Positions 53,575 to 64,000 of a stretch of DNA of 64,000 nt are shown piece after piece. The stretch comes from Isurus oxyrinchus. Taxonomy: Eukaryota. The notes beneath the pieces were generated by a model. It did not search any database and had not been told where the DNA came from. It worked only from the letters and a program-made list of their open reading frames with translations. The translations under genes and the position numbers were made by a program. The stretch spans positions 6,758,001-6,822,000 of the forward strand of contig JANJGN010000038.1 of NCBI GenBank assembly GCA_026770705.1, read 5' to 3'. The first letter of the stretch is position 1. Each line of letters begins with the position of its first letter.

Positions 53575-54776
53575 AGGTGCTCACAAGCCTCACAACCTGG
53601 GTAAGCCATGATACCTGTGCCTTTTATTTTCATTTCAAACCTCTTTCATTAGAGACACGTTTCACCCTCAAATTGACACGTTTATATAAAACACAACAAC
53701 ATCCATCGTCAGACAGTTCCGGGTTGTTATTGGGTCCTTAAGCGACAAAGAGAAAATAATCCAACTCTCCTGTTGCCCAGCGGGTTCCAACAGCAGTGAT
53801 TTTTTATCTGAATATAAATGTAAAATATAATTTAACAACTGACCAACCATGTACCTACAAAGCTATGAAGTTATTGGATTCAAATAGACCCGTTAATGAT
53901 TCTCTCTTCCTCAGCTCCGCAGTGAGTGAGACAGGGAAAAGCAAAAAAGCAGCAACATTCCGGCCCCGCACTCTCCAATCACCCGCTGCCAGCAGAAAGG
54001 TACACTCACTTTCCTGAGTGTTTATTCTGTGAAATGATGAAGGGCGAATCTAAGACGCTTGTAAGATACTGTGCTCAGTTAATATCCAACAACAAACAGG
54101 AACAAGGCAGTTTTCCTTTCACTTAAAGGGGCAAGTTTTGATAATGCTTCTGCATTAATAACTTATATTGATAAAGCGCATTTAATCTGTTGAAACGTCA
54201 CAAGGCGTCCCCCGTGAACATTATATAATAAAGTGTGACACCGAGCCTCATATTCGATCAGAATACTAAAAGCTCGGTCGAAGAGGGAGGCTTTAAAAAC
54301 TGTCTTAAAGGAGCAAAGTATCGATTTAATGTTCCAGCTAACAGCAATAATTCTTCTCATTGGCGAAAGAAGTCTCCTGTGTTCAACCTAAACAGACCAA
54401 TTAGTCGGAGAAAGTTCTGTCTGGTGAAAAGATCGGGAATGAAAAAAAAAGTGGAAAGTAACCTCTAAATGCCAAATGTCAAACCTTTCTGGTACTTTCT
54501 CTTATGTCTCATGACTGGGGATCGGCGCTTCCATTGGCCCATAGCGAATAGGGTGGAGGGTTTGGAAATTGAAAGTTACTCATGAGCAGCTTGTGGGACT
54601 ATTTCACCTCACTGTCGAGTTCATGTTCCAGCTCACAGAAACCGTTGTTTTCATTGGCTGAAGAATTCGTTTGTGTTAAGGCTAAACAGGCAGTTTTGTG
54701 GTGAAAGAGATCTGAACTGAAAAACAATAGGCAAAAGCAGCGTGGATAAGCCAAATCGAAAAGCATTTTGATCGAT

Positions 54777-54848
54777 TCCTTGGTTGTCTAGTGGTTAGGA
54801 TTCGGCGCTTTCAGCACCGCGGCCGGGATTTGATTTCCAGTCAGGGAA
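54777..54848 (+). pseudogene. tRNA-Glu(UUC) pseudogene
   Basis: TCCTTGGTTGTCTAGTGGTTAGGATTCGGCGCTTTCAGCACCG...; anticodon stem and B-box damaged. Confidence 0.85.
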
Positions 54849-55843
54849 TGAAGGTTTGTTGAGTGTGGTCAATTTCTATTTGCGAACAGCTCCACCAAGA
54901 GTTAAAAGCTTAGCCTCACAGCAAGAAATATCACACTTCGAATAAGTCGCGAACAAACAGAAAAGAAGAAGGTCTGGTTGCAAGGCGAAATATCGGTGGG
55001 AGAAGGATGAATGTTACTGTCTCCTATTTGCACCGGCACAAATATCCCTTCTGATCAATCAACTCCGCTTTGAAAGCAGCGCGCCGGGCCCAATCGGCTC
55101 TTTCTATGCTGTAATTATCTATAATGTTATGTTTCCCAACACCACCAACACTGCCTTTTTATAACCCACTCTAGATAAGTGCGCTTTCTTGCCTTGTAAT
55201 CGGCTCGTCTGAAACCAAAACACGGAGCAAATTCAGCGAGTTTTCTTGTCATTTCCAGCACGAGATTAGTCACGAGACTAAATGAGCGACACATTAATGG
55301 TGCCGATCCTTCACTGGAGCTCACCGCGTCCAAAGAGTACTGTTATCATCAGCCTGTTCGGCACCTTCCTGCAGTACATCTGCTGAACAAATATAAGCTT
55401 ATCACAGCTCTGCTTTCTTCACATTGAAATCCAGTGTAAAAATGTGAACAACTTCAAAGCTGATTAACGTAGACAAGACTGGGAGGCGAGTGTGACTTGG
55501 ATAATCGGCACTGTGCACATTCCTGTAATCCGTACCTGGGGGAATCAGGAAAATGAGATCCTGGTGTCTTTTGACTCTATGGTCTGCAAACCTATCGTCT
55601 TGTGTCTTACATTCCCACGAACTGACTGTGTCTGCATCAAGCAGCTAATTGACCCGGGAGCTGTAGGGGCAGAGGGAGCTGGAGGCGACACAGGGACAGA
55701 AGCAGAAAGAAACGCGATATGAAAATGTTTTGAATTTGATGTCTGTCAGTTGGTGCCAGTGGTGAAGGTCTGCCTTGCCGGTGCCATTGAATGAGGTTGT
55801 GTTTTTTTTTGTTTTAGAGCAGCAAGATTGCAAATGACAACAG

Positions 55844-55904
55844 CCCCCAGCATGGGGCTCCTGAAATTAAGCGTTTTATATTCTATTGACTGAGGTAGCC
55901 GGGA
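55844..55904 (-). pseudogene. tRNA-Lys(CUU) relic with internal deletion
   Basis: Reverse reads CCCGGCTACCTCAGTCAATAGAATATAAAACGCTTAATTTCAG-GAGCCCCATGCTGGG; T-arm partly deleted. Confidence 0.7.
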
Positions 55905-56470
55905 ATGGGGGAAGGGATCCTTCATATCCCAGCACATATGGCGACAGACGTGTTTTTTTCACCAGGAGCCTCAGCTTGTTCTGAATCTGAGTGTAGAAGG
56001 GAGTCGACCTGCAAAAGCCCCAAGGTTGCAATGCATTCCTCTCAATCTCAGTAACATCGTTCACATCTTCCACTTCTTAGTTAGACCTCGTTCCAAAAAT
56101 TTCAAACTCTCTTTCATTTTTCATCCTCACATTTTTCTCTAACGTTTTAACATGAAGTTGTACAACTAATTTAAATAAAGTTAGTGATGGTAAAAATGTG
56201 TTCACTCCTCGGGGAACTGACTCACATTGACACACACAGAGGAACAGACACAAACATATGCACCGAGGGTGACAGAGGGCAAAGGTTTGTCTCTAAGGAG
56301 AGGCAAATATTCATAAAGCAAGCATGACACCAAGTTTTATTCCAGTTCCAAGTTTCATTAGTGTTTTCGTGAACGAACAGAAATAGAAAAAAACCCAAGT
56401 GTTTGTATGGATTTTATTGCATTTAACCGATAATTAACTCTGTAGACACATTTTAAACCAGGAATAATGA

Positions 56471-56528
56471 CAAGTGGGAATCTCAATGGACTTGGGCTCC
56501 ATCACCTAAATCAATCGACCACGACAAC
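56471..56528 (-). pseudogene. tRNA-Ser relic (5' two-thirds)
   Basis: Reverse reads GTTGTCGTGGTCGATTGATTTAGGTGATGGA...TCCATTGAGATTCCC. Confidence 0.6.
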
Positions 56529-57210
56529 CGGCCCTGTGCACAGGTTAATGTCGATGGTATAAAATCATAAATATCTACAGCAGAGGAAGACGACATTCTG
56601 CCCTTCGTAACAATGCCGGCTGATGGCAAAAGGAATACAGTTAATTTGATAACCCCACATTTTCTCTACTGCAATTCAAATTGATATTGTCTCTCCTCCC
56701 TCTTCCTGTTAAAATGAAGCATGACAGGCATCTATTTTGACAGTGAGCTGGCACCTTTTACATCATTCGCGTTTGTAGTTGCATGTTAAGTGAATGTAAT
56801 ATATCTCAGTCACATTACATTTCCTCTTCACCACTTCACAGGATAAACCCTCAGCAAAGTGAGAAAATCTTTCAGCTGGCAGCGGGTGATTGGAGAGTGG
56901 GGGGCCGGAATATTGCTACTTTTCTGCTTTTCCCTGTCTCACTCACTGTGAAGCCGAGAAAGAGAGAATCATTGACGGGTTTGTTTGAATCCAATAATTT
57001 CACAGGTGTCTATTGAGTTAGGTGTAATTATATAGTCATTTATTGTTTTTTATTGTGTTTGAAATGAACATTCAAAACAAAAACATCGGTGTGGGAACAC
57101 ACTGGTTAAGGGTAAAGTTTGCGGGATAATTCCTTGCAGCTCAAGTAGCCAATGAGAGCCCGGAACTGTGTGACAATGAAAGCTGATAGGGAAAAAAAGC
57201 TTGACACTTT

Positions 57211-57284
57211 TATCTCTGGGTGGTTTTGAACCATCAACTTTTTGCTTAACAGTTGAATGTGATAAACAATTGCGCCACAGAGAC
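57211..57284 (-). pseudogene. tRNA-Asn(GUU) pseudogene
   Basis: GTCTCTGTGGCGCAATTGTTTATCACATTCAACTGTTAAGCAAAAAGTTGATGGTTCAAAACCACCCAGAGATA. Confidence 0.8.
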
Positions 57285-57370
57285 AGACGTAAGGCTGACT
57301 TGCCAACTTTGCTAAACCAGGGTGTCAGTGAATTTAAGCTTCAGATTGCTGCTACCGGGATGACAATCCT

Positions 57371-57505
57371 AGTTCTGTTGAAGGGTCATGAGGACTCGAA
57401 ACGTCAACTCTTTTCTTCTCCGCCTGTGCTGCCAGACCTGCTGAGTTTTTCCAGGTAATTCTGTTTTTGTTTTGGATTTCCAGCATCCGCAGTTTTTTTG
57501 TTTTT
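57371..57505 (+). mobile_element. Penelope-like terminal fragment with minimal hammerhead-like motif
   Basis: AGTT-CTGTTGA-AGGGTCATGAGGACTC-GAAA-CGTC-AACT followed by GCTGCCAGACCTGCTGAGTTTTTCCAG tail. Confidence 0.65.
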
Positions 57506-58642
57506 ATGACAATTGTTCTGTTCACTTTTACTCTTCCAAAATAAAGGGAGGGACGTTCACTGTGGATACATGGAAACAGTCTGACCCCACCCACTGCTGA
57601 CACATCCATATCACCAGGAACGTGCTCTCCGACAACCGGTGCCGTCTTCTTTCCAGCCTTTTGGTGTCTTGTCTGTTACCAAGTTTTCTGATTGTCCTGA
57701 AGCCGATGTTAGGTTTGAGTTCCTGATGTGCAGTAACGAGAATCATTTCAATCTCTCAGGTCAGTTAATTTCACTGATAACTTCAGAGTCAATGTTCCAG
57801 CGTCTTAAAGAAGGGAAAGGTGCCTTGAATGTCTCTGGTCAGTCGAACAGATCACCCTTCATTCTCCTCTGATTCTGGTTCCCAAAGAGTTTCTAAAGAT
57901 TCACAAAGCTGGAGACTGGGTTTTCTGTTTTGGGTCCTTCTCCATTTTCCCAGCTGCCAACTGACAATATTTTCCAAATATTGAGGAGACAGAGAAGCCT
58001 TGAGACACAATTAGATCAGCCATGATCTTACTGAATGGCGGAGCAGGTTCAAAGGGCTGAATGGCCTCCTCCTGATCGTCATTCGTCCCTTCCTGTGTCA
58101 CAGCCCGAATCACTCCTGACTTTAGCAAACTGCCTTCGGAATTAATGATCAGTTAAATGAAATAAAAACCATTCAACTATTTCCGTGTTTCTTATTTCCG
58201 TTCCTCTGCAAACATTCACTAAATTTGCAAGCTGAAATGGAACAATAATTGGCCAAGTTGGTGACATCCTTGTTTTCTGGGTGTTTGTCACTCTCGGTGT
58301 AAAGGTCTGTGTGTGTCAATGTGCTTCAGTTCCCCGAGGGGTTGAACACATTTTCACCATCACAAGCTTTATTCATATTGGTTGTGCAGTTTCATACTAA
58401 AATGTTACAGAGACAATATCAAGATGAAAGATTGAAGAGGGGTTTGCAATGTTTGGAAGGAGGTGCAGCTAAGAAGTGGAAGATGTGAATGATGTTATTG
58501 ATGATTGAGAGGAATGTATTGCAAACTTGGGGCTTTTGGAGGTCGATCCCCTTTGAAATTCAGAACAAGCTGAGGCTTGAGGTCTATAACAGCAGTGATC
58601 TCCAAGGATGTTGGGATGTGCAATACTTCGCTCTTCTTACAT

Positions 58643-58715
58643 GCCTGGCGAGTTCAGTCGACAGCGTCTGAGATTCTTAATGCCAGGTTGTTGGGTTTGC
58701 GACCTGTGCTCGACG
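58643..58715 (+). pseudogene. tRNA-Lys(CUU) pseudogene
   Basis: GCCTGGCGAGTTCAGTCGACAGCGTCTGAGATTCTTAATGCCAGG...; its flank is an inverted paralog of 55905-56080. Confidence 0.7.
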
Positions 58716-58893
58716 AAATTCCCTTTTTAAACTTTGCTGCTTTCATGGGTGATCCCCAGGTCTCCATTCCTCCGGCAGTGTCACCGCTCAAACCGAATCT
58801 TTCTCCATCCTGCTTTGTTAATATCACAGCTGCTGGTTTCTGAGTGAAAACTGCTCTCTGCGTCATTGAAAGTCGGAGTATTTAATTCAGAAC

Positions 58894-58942
58894 ATTTGGT
58901 GCTTTCACCGCTGCAGCCTAGGTTTAATTCCCCTACAGGAAA
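58894..58942 (+). pseudogene. tRNA-Glu(UUC) 3' relic
   Basis: ATTTGGTGCTTTCACCGCTGCAGCCTAGGTTTAATTCCC..CAGGAA. Confidence 0.65.
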
Positions 58943-59807
58943 AAACCTTTTCCTTTCCGTTGTGTGAACTATCACAATGAACAGGAATTCCTTCATGAAT
59001 GAAATCAGGTCTGGCAGCGTCTGTGGAGTGAGAAACAGAGATAATCTTCCAGCTGGATGATCTTTCATCAGAGCTGGAAAAGTCAGAGATGTAACAGGTG
59101 GAAAACAATTCCAGAGGCGGGAGGGAGGGGAGTGAAAGGACAAAAGGGAAGGACTGTGATAGGTTACAAGGCATGAGAGAGAAACAGACTAAAGGGATGA
59201 TGGTGCAAAATGTGGGTGGGAATGGGACAGATTTTTCTTCCTGCCGTTCAAACTGGGACAAATATCACTGATCAACCAATCACAACTGCTCTTTCAAAGC
59301 AGCGCGCCGGGCCGAATGGCCTCTTTCTGTGCTGTAATTTTCTATAATTATTTCATTTCTATCCTCACTGCTGTTGCCTTCACAGTCATTCCATCATCTT
59401 ACAACCCATTCCAGTAAAATCCACCTTCTTCCCTTGTGTTCAGCACCTTTAAGGTCATGGAAATGAGTAAATTCAGTGGGAAGTTTCCTTCTCATTTAGC
59501 ACGAGATTTGGAAACAGGTCTGGGAAATATTTGTGTCATTGCAAACAATACAATCTCCACTATCACCTCTACATTTTCCCATGCACCACCATTTTTATGG
59601 TCACTGCTTTTCAGCCTATCACAGCCCTTCTCTGATTCCCTACCTTCACCTCTGTATTTGTTCCCCACCTGTTGCACAGGTGTCATTTCCGGCTCTGATG
59701 CAAAACTCCAGCTCTCACTCCACTGATTCAGGCGGAGTTGATATGCGTTTTCAGTTTTCAGTCAGGAAGTAATGCACATTTATTTTAATCATTCGCATGA
59801 CATTTAT

Positions 59808-59839
59808 AAGCGCCAAATCCTAACCACTAGACCCCAAGG
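59808..59839 (-). pseudogene. tRNA-Glu 5' relic
   Basis: Reverse reads CCTTGGGGTCTAGTGGTTAGGATTTGGCGCTT; flank paralogous to 53575-53790. Confidence 0.65.
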
Positions 59840-60303
59840 CTTGCAACTTCACAGCCCGGCTTATCCATGCTACCTGTGCATTTTATTTTCATTTCACAAC
59901 TCTTTCACTAGAGGCACTTTTCTCCCACAAAATGACACGTTTATGTCGAACACAAATGACTTCTTCAGCCAATGACAACAGCGATTGTTGTTAGCTGGAG
60001 CAGTATTCATTGGCTCACAGTCCCACGTTGTCATTGGGTCCTGAAGCGACTAAAGAGGACAGAAATCGCCAACTCTCCTGTTACCCGGCGAGTTCCAATA
60101 TTCAATTTATTGAATATTCATTTTGAATATTCCCCACTCACCGGCTGCCAGTTGAAGGATATCCTCACTTTGCTGTGTCCACTTTGTGAAAAGACGAAGA
60201 GTAAGTGCAATCCGAATGTGAGATTCTGCATTCAGCTAATATTCAACAACAAGCAGGGAACAAAGCAACTTTCCCTCTCCCCTAATTGAACAATTTGCAA
60301 TAA

Positions 60304-60376
60304 TGTTTTTGCCCGGTTTTGAACCGAGGACCTTTCGCGTGTAAGGCGAATGTGATAATCACTACACTACAGAAAC
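60304..60376 (-). tRNA. tRNA-Val: tRNA-Val(UAC), mildly degenerate (possible pseudogene)
   Basis: GTTTCTGTAGTGTAGTGATTATCACATTCGCCTTACACGCGAAAGGTCCTCGGTTCAAAACCGGGCAAAAACA; D-loop GG->GA and one acceptor mismatch. Confidence 0.8.
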
Positions 60377-61042
60377 GTCACGCACCAGTGTCAAGTGCAC
60401 CTGACTACAATGCAGTTCCGCAGCAGCACTTTGGGTCTTTGTTTTGAAGAAATGGAATTCGGCTGTTCTCAGTAGGAATGCTGGAGACAGACTGATCAAC
60501 AATGTCATCATCAAATGGCACAGCGTGTTGGAGAGTTATTAGATCATCGCAGCTTCTTTTTTAAAGAGCAATCAATTAGTCTCAATATTCCTCTCTCTTT
60601 CCATAAGCCTCAATTTCTCTATTTCAACTAACTGTCTAATTCACTTTTGAAGAATGAGTTTCTGCAGAATCCATGCACAGTTTCCCTGACTCAGTGACAT
60701 GGAGATTTGGACTTGGGCTCCTTCCAGTCCCTCGAGGAGTTGATCCTAATTCCAGCGCTGCCGCAGTTTAAGTCACATTCCCACTTTTGCACACTTTAGG
60801 AATTCCTTTTCGGAGAACAAGAGGGAGCTCTAGTTTAATACAGGGCGGGTTGTGGTCCTTTATTTTGTTTGGAAAAGCATGGAGAGGCAATACAAATATA
60901 AATTGTTGTGGGGGTAAAGGCAGGTGTGTGGAATGGGTAGAGCTACTCTTCCAATGAGCCAGCACAGACACGACGGGCCGATTGACTTATTTCGCAGTCA
61001 CCTCTGATTTGATAAGGACACATTGGAGCTCGCGAGCAGCTG

Positions 61043-61123
61043 TTAGTCGAGCTGAATGTTTAAGGTGACGGATTTGAAATCTATTGGGGTCTCCCCCTGT
61101 AGGTTTGAATCCTGCTGACTACA
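61043..61123 (+). pseudogene. tRNA-Ser(UGA) pseudogene
   Basis: ...TTAAGGTGACGGATTTGAAATCTATTGGGGTCTCCCCCTGTAGGTTTGAATCCTGCTGACTACA. Confidence 0.8.
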
Positions 61124-61378
61124 GTTCACATTCTTCCTCATTTTAACCAGGTGCCGCCAACCTCATCCTTGCGGCTACTGTGAAACTGACAAGGTGGCAC
61201 ATGGCAGAAATTCATCTCTGAAAGTAACTGACACATATCAAATTCATGTCGCGTCTTTTAACTTCCTGTTCTCCATCTCAGCCATTTTCACGTCTCTCAA
61301 ATGTCACCCACCTGGGACTTAGCATCTACCTCAGTCTATTGAATATGGACGCTTTCCTGTGTGGTCTTGTTAGCTGGT

Positions 61379-61451
61379 GGCTCCATAGCTCAGTGGTTGG
61401 GGCACTGCTCTTATACATCAGGGGCTGTAAGTTCAACCTTCACTAGAGCCT
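61379..61451 (+). pseudogene. tRNA-Thr(UGU)-derived pseudogene (anticodon now TAT)
   Basis: GGCTCCATAGCTCAGTGGTTGGGGCACTGCTCTTATACATCAGGGG...GAGCCT. Confidence 0.75.
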
Positions 61452-61564
61452 TTCATTAACCTTTAACTGAGAATATGAAGTTATGTAGAAAGCTGAAAAA
61501 CCGAATATTAATATATAAGAAGAAAATGCAAAGTACTGTGGTGAAGCATTTTGCTTTTAAGTTA

Positions 61565-62832
61565 AAGTACTGTGGATGCTGGAAATCTGAAGTACAAACT
61601 CAGCATCCGACAGCATCTGTGGAGAGAGAAACAGAGTCAACGTCTCGAGTCTGTGTGATCTTCTTCAGAGCTAAAGAGAAGCAGAAATGTTCACTGTTTT
61701 TATACTGTTTACGAGGGCGTGGGGTGGAGCAGTTGGGGAAGTCAGGAGGAATTGGCAAAGATATTATGTGCACAAGACAAAGGGAGTGTTAATGGTAGCG
61801 GTAAGGACTAAAAATGGTGCTGATAATTGCTAAAAGGTAAGAAAGCAGAATGTGTGAATAGCAGAATAAGGATCAGCACTTTGTGAAAGAACAACATAGA
61901 GCAATGACAGATGGCCCTTTAGGGGCCTCTCTCCTCACCTTCCAAGTGCCCAAACACTCCTTTCAGGTGAAGTAGCGCTTCATGTGCACCTCCAATTTGA
62001 TCCATTGCATTCACTGCTCCCAATGCGGTCTCCCCTACATTCGAGAGACCAAACGCAGACTGGCCAACCGCTTTGTGCAACATCTTCAGTCTGTCTGCAA
62101 GCATGACCCAGACCACCCTGTCATTTGCCATTTCAACACTCCACCCTGCTGTCATGTGCACATGTCTGTCCTTGGCTTGCTGCATTGTTCCAGTGAAGCT
62201 CAGCACAAACTCGAGGAACAGCACCTCATCTTCCAACTAGGCACTTTATAGTCTTCCGGATGTAACATGAAGTTCAGCAACTTCAGATCATGAACTCTCT
62301 CCTTCATTTTCACCCTTTTTAAAATCTCCTTATAAAAATGTATTTTATTAACTTATTTTTCATTCATTTATTCATTATTTCACCCCACCCCTTTTATTAT
62401 CCCCTTTTCTATCTTTTTTCCCCAACTATCTCCCCCTCCCACATCCCACCCTCAAAAGGGCCAGCTGTTACTTGTTCCATGTTGTTTTTTTCACAGAGCG
62501 CTGAACCTTGTTCTGCTATTCACATATCCTGCTTTCTTATCTTTATGTCACTATCAGCACCTTCTTCAGCCCTTACCACTACAATTAACACTCCCTTTGT
62601 CTTGTGTCCAGCGAATATTTGTCAGTCTCTCCTTAGCCCCCACTTATCACTGACCTTCTATCCAGACTCACCTGCTCTACCCGTTCCGCCCTGCTTAAAC
62701 AGGAGAATTTAAACAATTTCTACTTTTCTTCATCTCTGAAGAAGAGTTATACGGACTCGAAACGTTAACACTGTTTCCCTCTCCACCGAGTCTGTGAGAC
62801 CTGTTGAGTTTTTCCAGGAATTTATGTTTTTG
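61565..62832 (+). mobile_element. Penelope-like retroelement remnant: GIY-YIG endonuclease end flanked by inverted terminal copies
   Basis: ORF 61982-62251 NLIHCIHCSQCGLPYIRETKRRLANRFVQH (GIY-YIG-like). 61570-61922 is an inverted copy of ~62455-62830. Hammerhead core at 62736-62766. Confidence 0.82.
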
Positions 62833-63024
62833 TAATATATAAGAAGCGACTGGACAACAAGATGGGAGATGGAGAAAAATGTTGCAAAGACTGAAGTAAC
62901 TCAGTCAGTCGTAGTAATTTTTAAATAACAACAAAGCAGAACACGTTTGAAAAGGTGAGAAAGATGTGCTGATGTTCAAAGAGACTCGGCTGCACTTGTG
63001 CAAAGAACGTGGAAAGTTACATCC

Positions 63025-63078
63025 GTCCCTACGGCACAACTGATCAGCGTGTTCGACTAACTGAAAGTTTGGTGGTTC
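63025..63078 (+). pseudogene. tRNA-Asn relic (anticodon region deleted)
   Basis: GTCCCTACGGCACAACTGATCAGCGTGTTCGACT-AACTGAAAGTTTGGTGGTTC. Confidence 0.6.
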
Positions 63079-63179
63079 TCGGGGCCAAAGGTTCCAATGT
63101 TTTTTCCTCCCATCAACATTCATTGTCGCACAGAATTGGGTTATCAAGAAATGTTTCCACAAATGTTGCCAGTTCTACT

Positions 63180-63252
63180 TCTCCGCAGTGAATTTTGAAC
63201 CAGAGAATCTTCCCCATGTACAGCAAATGTGATAACATTGGACTACAAAAAC
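63180..63252 (-). pseudogene. tRNA-Val relic
   Basis: Reverse reads GTTTTTGTAGTCCAATGTTATCACATTTGCTGTACATGGGGAAG...GGTTCAAAA; flank resembles that of 60304-60376. Confidence 0.6.
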
Positions 63253-63789
63253 TACACGCAACTCCTTGCAGAACGACTTAGAATATTAAACTTTGCTATC
63301 TTATTGCAGTTCCGAACCTTGTTTTGTGGAAGTACAATTCGATTGTGAACCTGAGCCATTCGGTAGAGAAATTGATCGAACATTAGAATCATGAGATGGC
63401 ACAGCACATAAGCAATTCATTCAACACCTCACACATGTGCGAACAGCCTTATAGCAAATCCGTCCCATCTTTCTCTCTTTTTGCCAAGCCATGCACTTTT
63501 TAGAATATTATTCAAAACCTGGAGAAGTATAAATGTCACTTTGTTTTGAGATGATGCATCCAGTTACTATTTAACAACAAACGGGAACGATGCAATCTTT
63601 CCTCACACTTAATTCTGTTAATGCTTCCACCCCATTTTCGCACGGGGAACCTTCTTTGGTGAGAGACCATAATCCCTGTTACTCTACACAAACTCTGCAA
63701 TGTTTCGGGAAACTTTCCATGTGTGAGAGAGTGTGATCCCTATTACCCTACATGAACCCTGCAATTTGAAGAGCCCAATTTAACACACA

Positions 63790-64000
63790 GAAGACAGACA
63801 GTCGGGATTATTCAGATTGGAAAGATGTAACTGCTGGAGTGCCATAAGGATCAGTCTCAGGGAGTCAATTATTTACAATCTATACTAATGACATGGAGGA
63901 GGGGGCAGAGTGTAATGTATCCAAATTTCCTGACGATATAAAAATAGGTGGGAGGTCAGGTTGTGATGAGGACTTGAAGAATCTTCAAGGGGATATAGAT
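63790..64000 (+). mobile_element. CR1 RT fragment (runs off window)
   Basis: Degenerate GVPQGSV, IYTND and KFPDDIKIGG (FADD) motifs. Confidence 0.8.

Noticed and set aside
61379-61451. Anticodon-switched Thr-to-Ile(UAU) recoding tRNA
   Set aside because: Anticodon stem, D-arm and T-arm are disrupted; decay is the simpler explanation.

Overview
Eukaryotic DNA from a cartilaginous fish (shark-like). The core is one apparently intact, unrearranged IgM heavy-chain cluster on the + strand: leader (26861), V-23RSS, 12-D1-22, 12-D2-12, 23-J, Cmu1-Cmu4 with secretory tail, TM1 and TM2 (ending 47243), all with phase-compatible splice sites. D, J and C look IgM-type, but by recalled comparison the leader and V exon look IgW-type, suggesting a germline V(IgW-like)/C(mu) chimeric cluster. 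Upstream is a 12.2-kb phase-perfect 54-bp satellite (dimer of 27-mers) whose degenerate relatives also occur on both sides of the Ig gene. Downstream (51.4-63.3 kb) are one near-intact tRNA-Ser and about 13 decayed tRNA copies in duplicated and inverted cassettes. Interspersed are CR1 LINE fragments, SINEs and Penelope-like remnants with minimal hammerhead-ribozyme motifs, one on the sense strand of the J-C intron. Family assignments come from remembered sequences, not database searches. Repeat boundaries are approximate.
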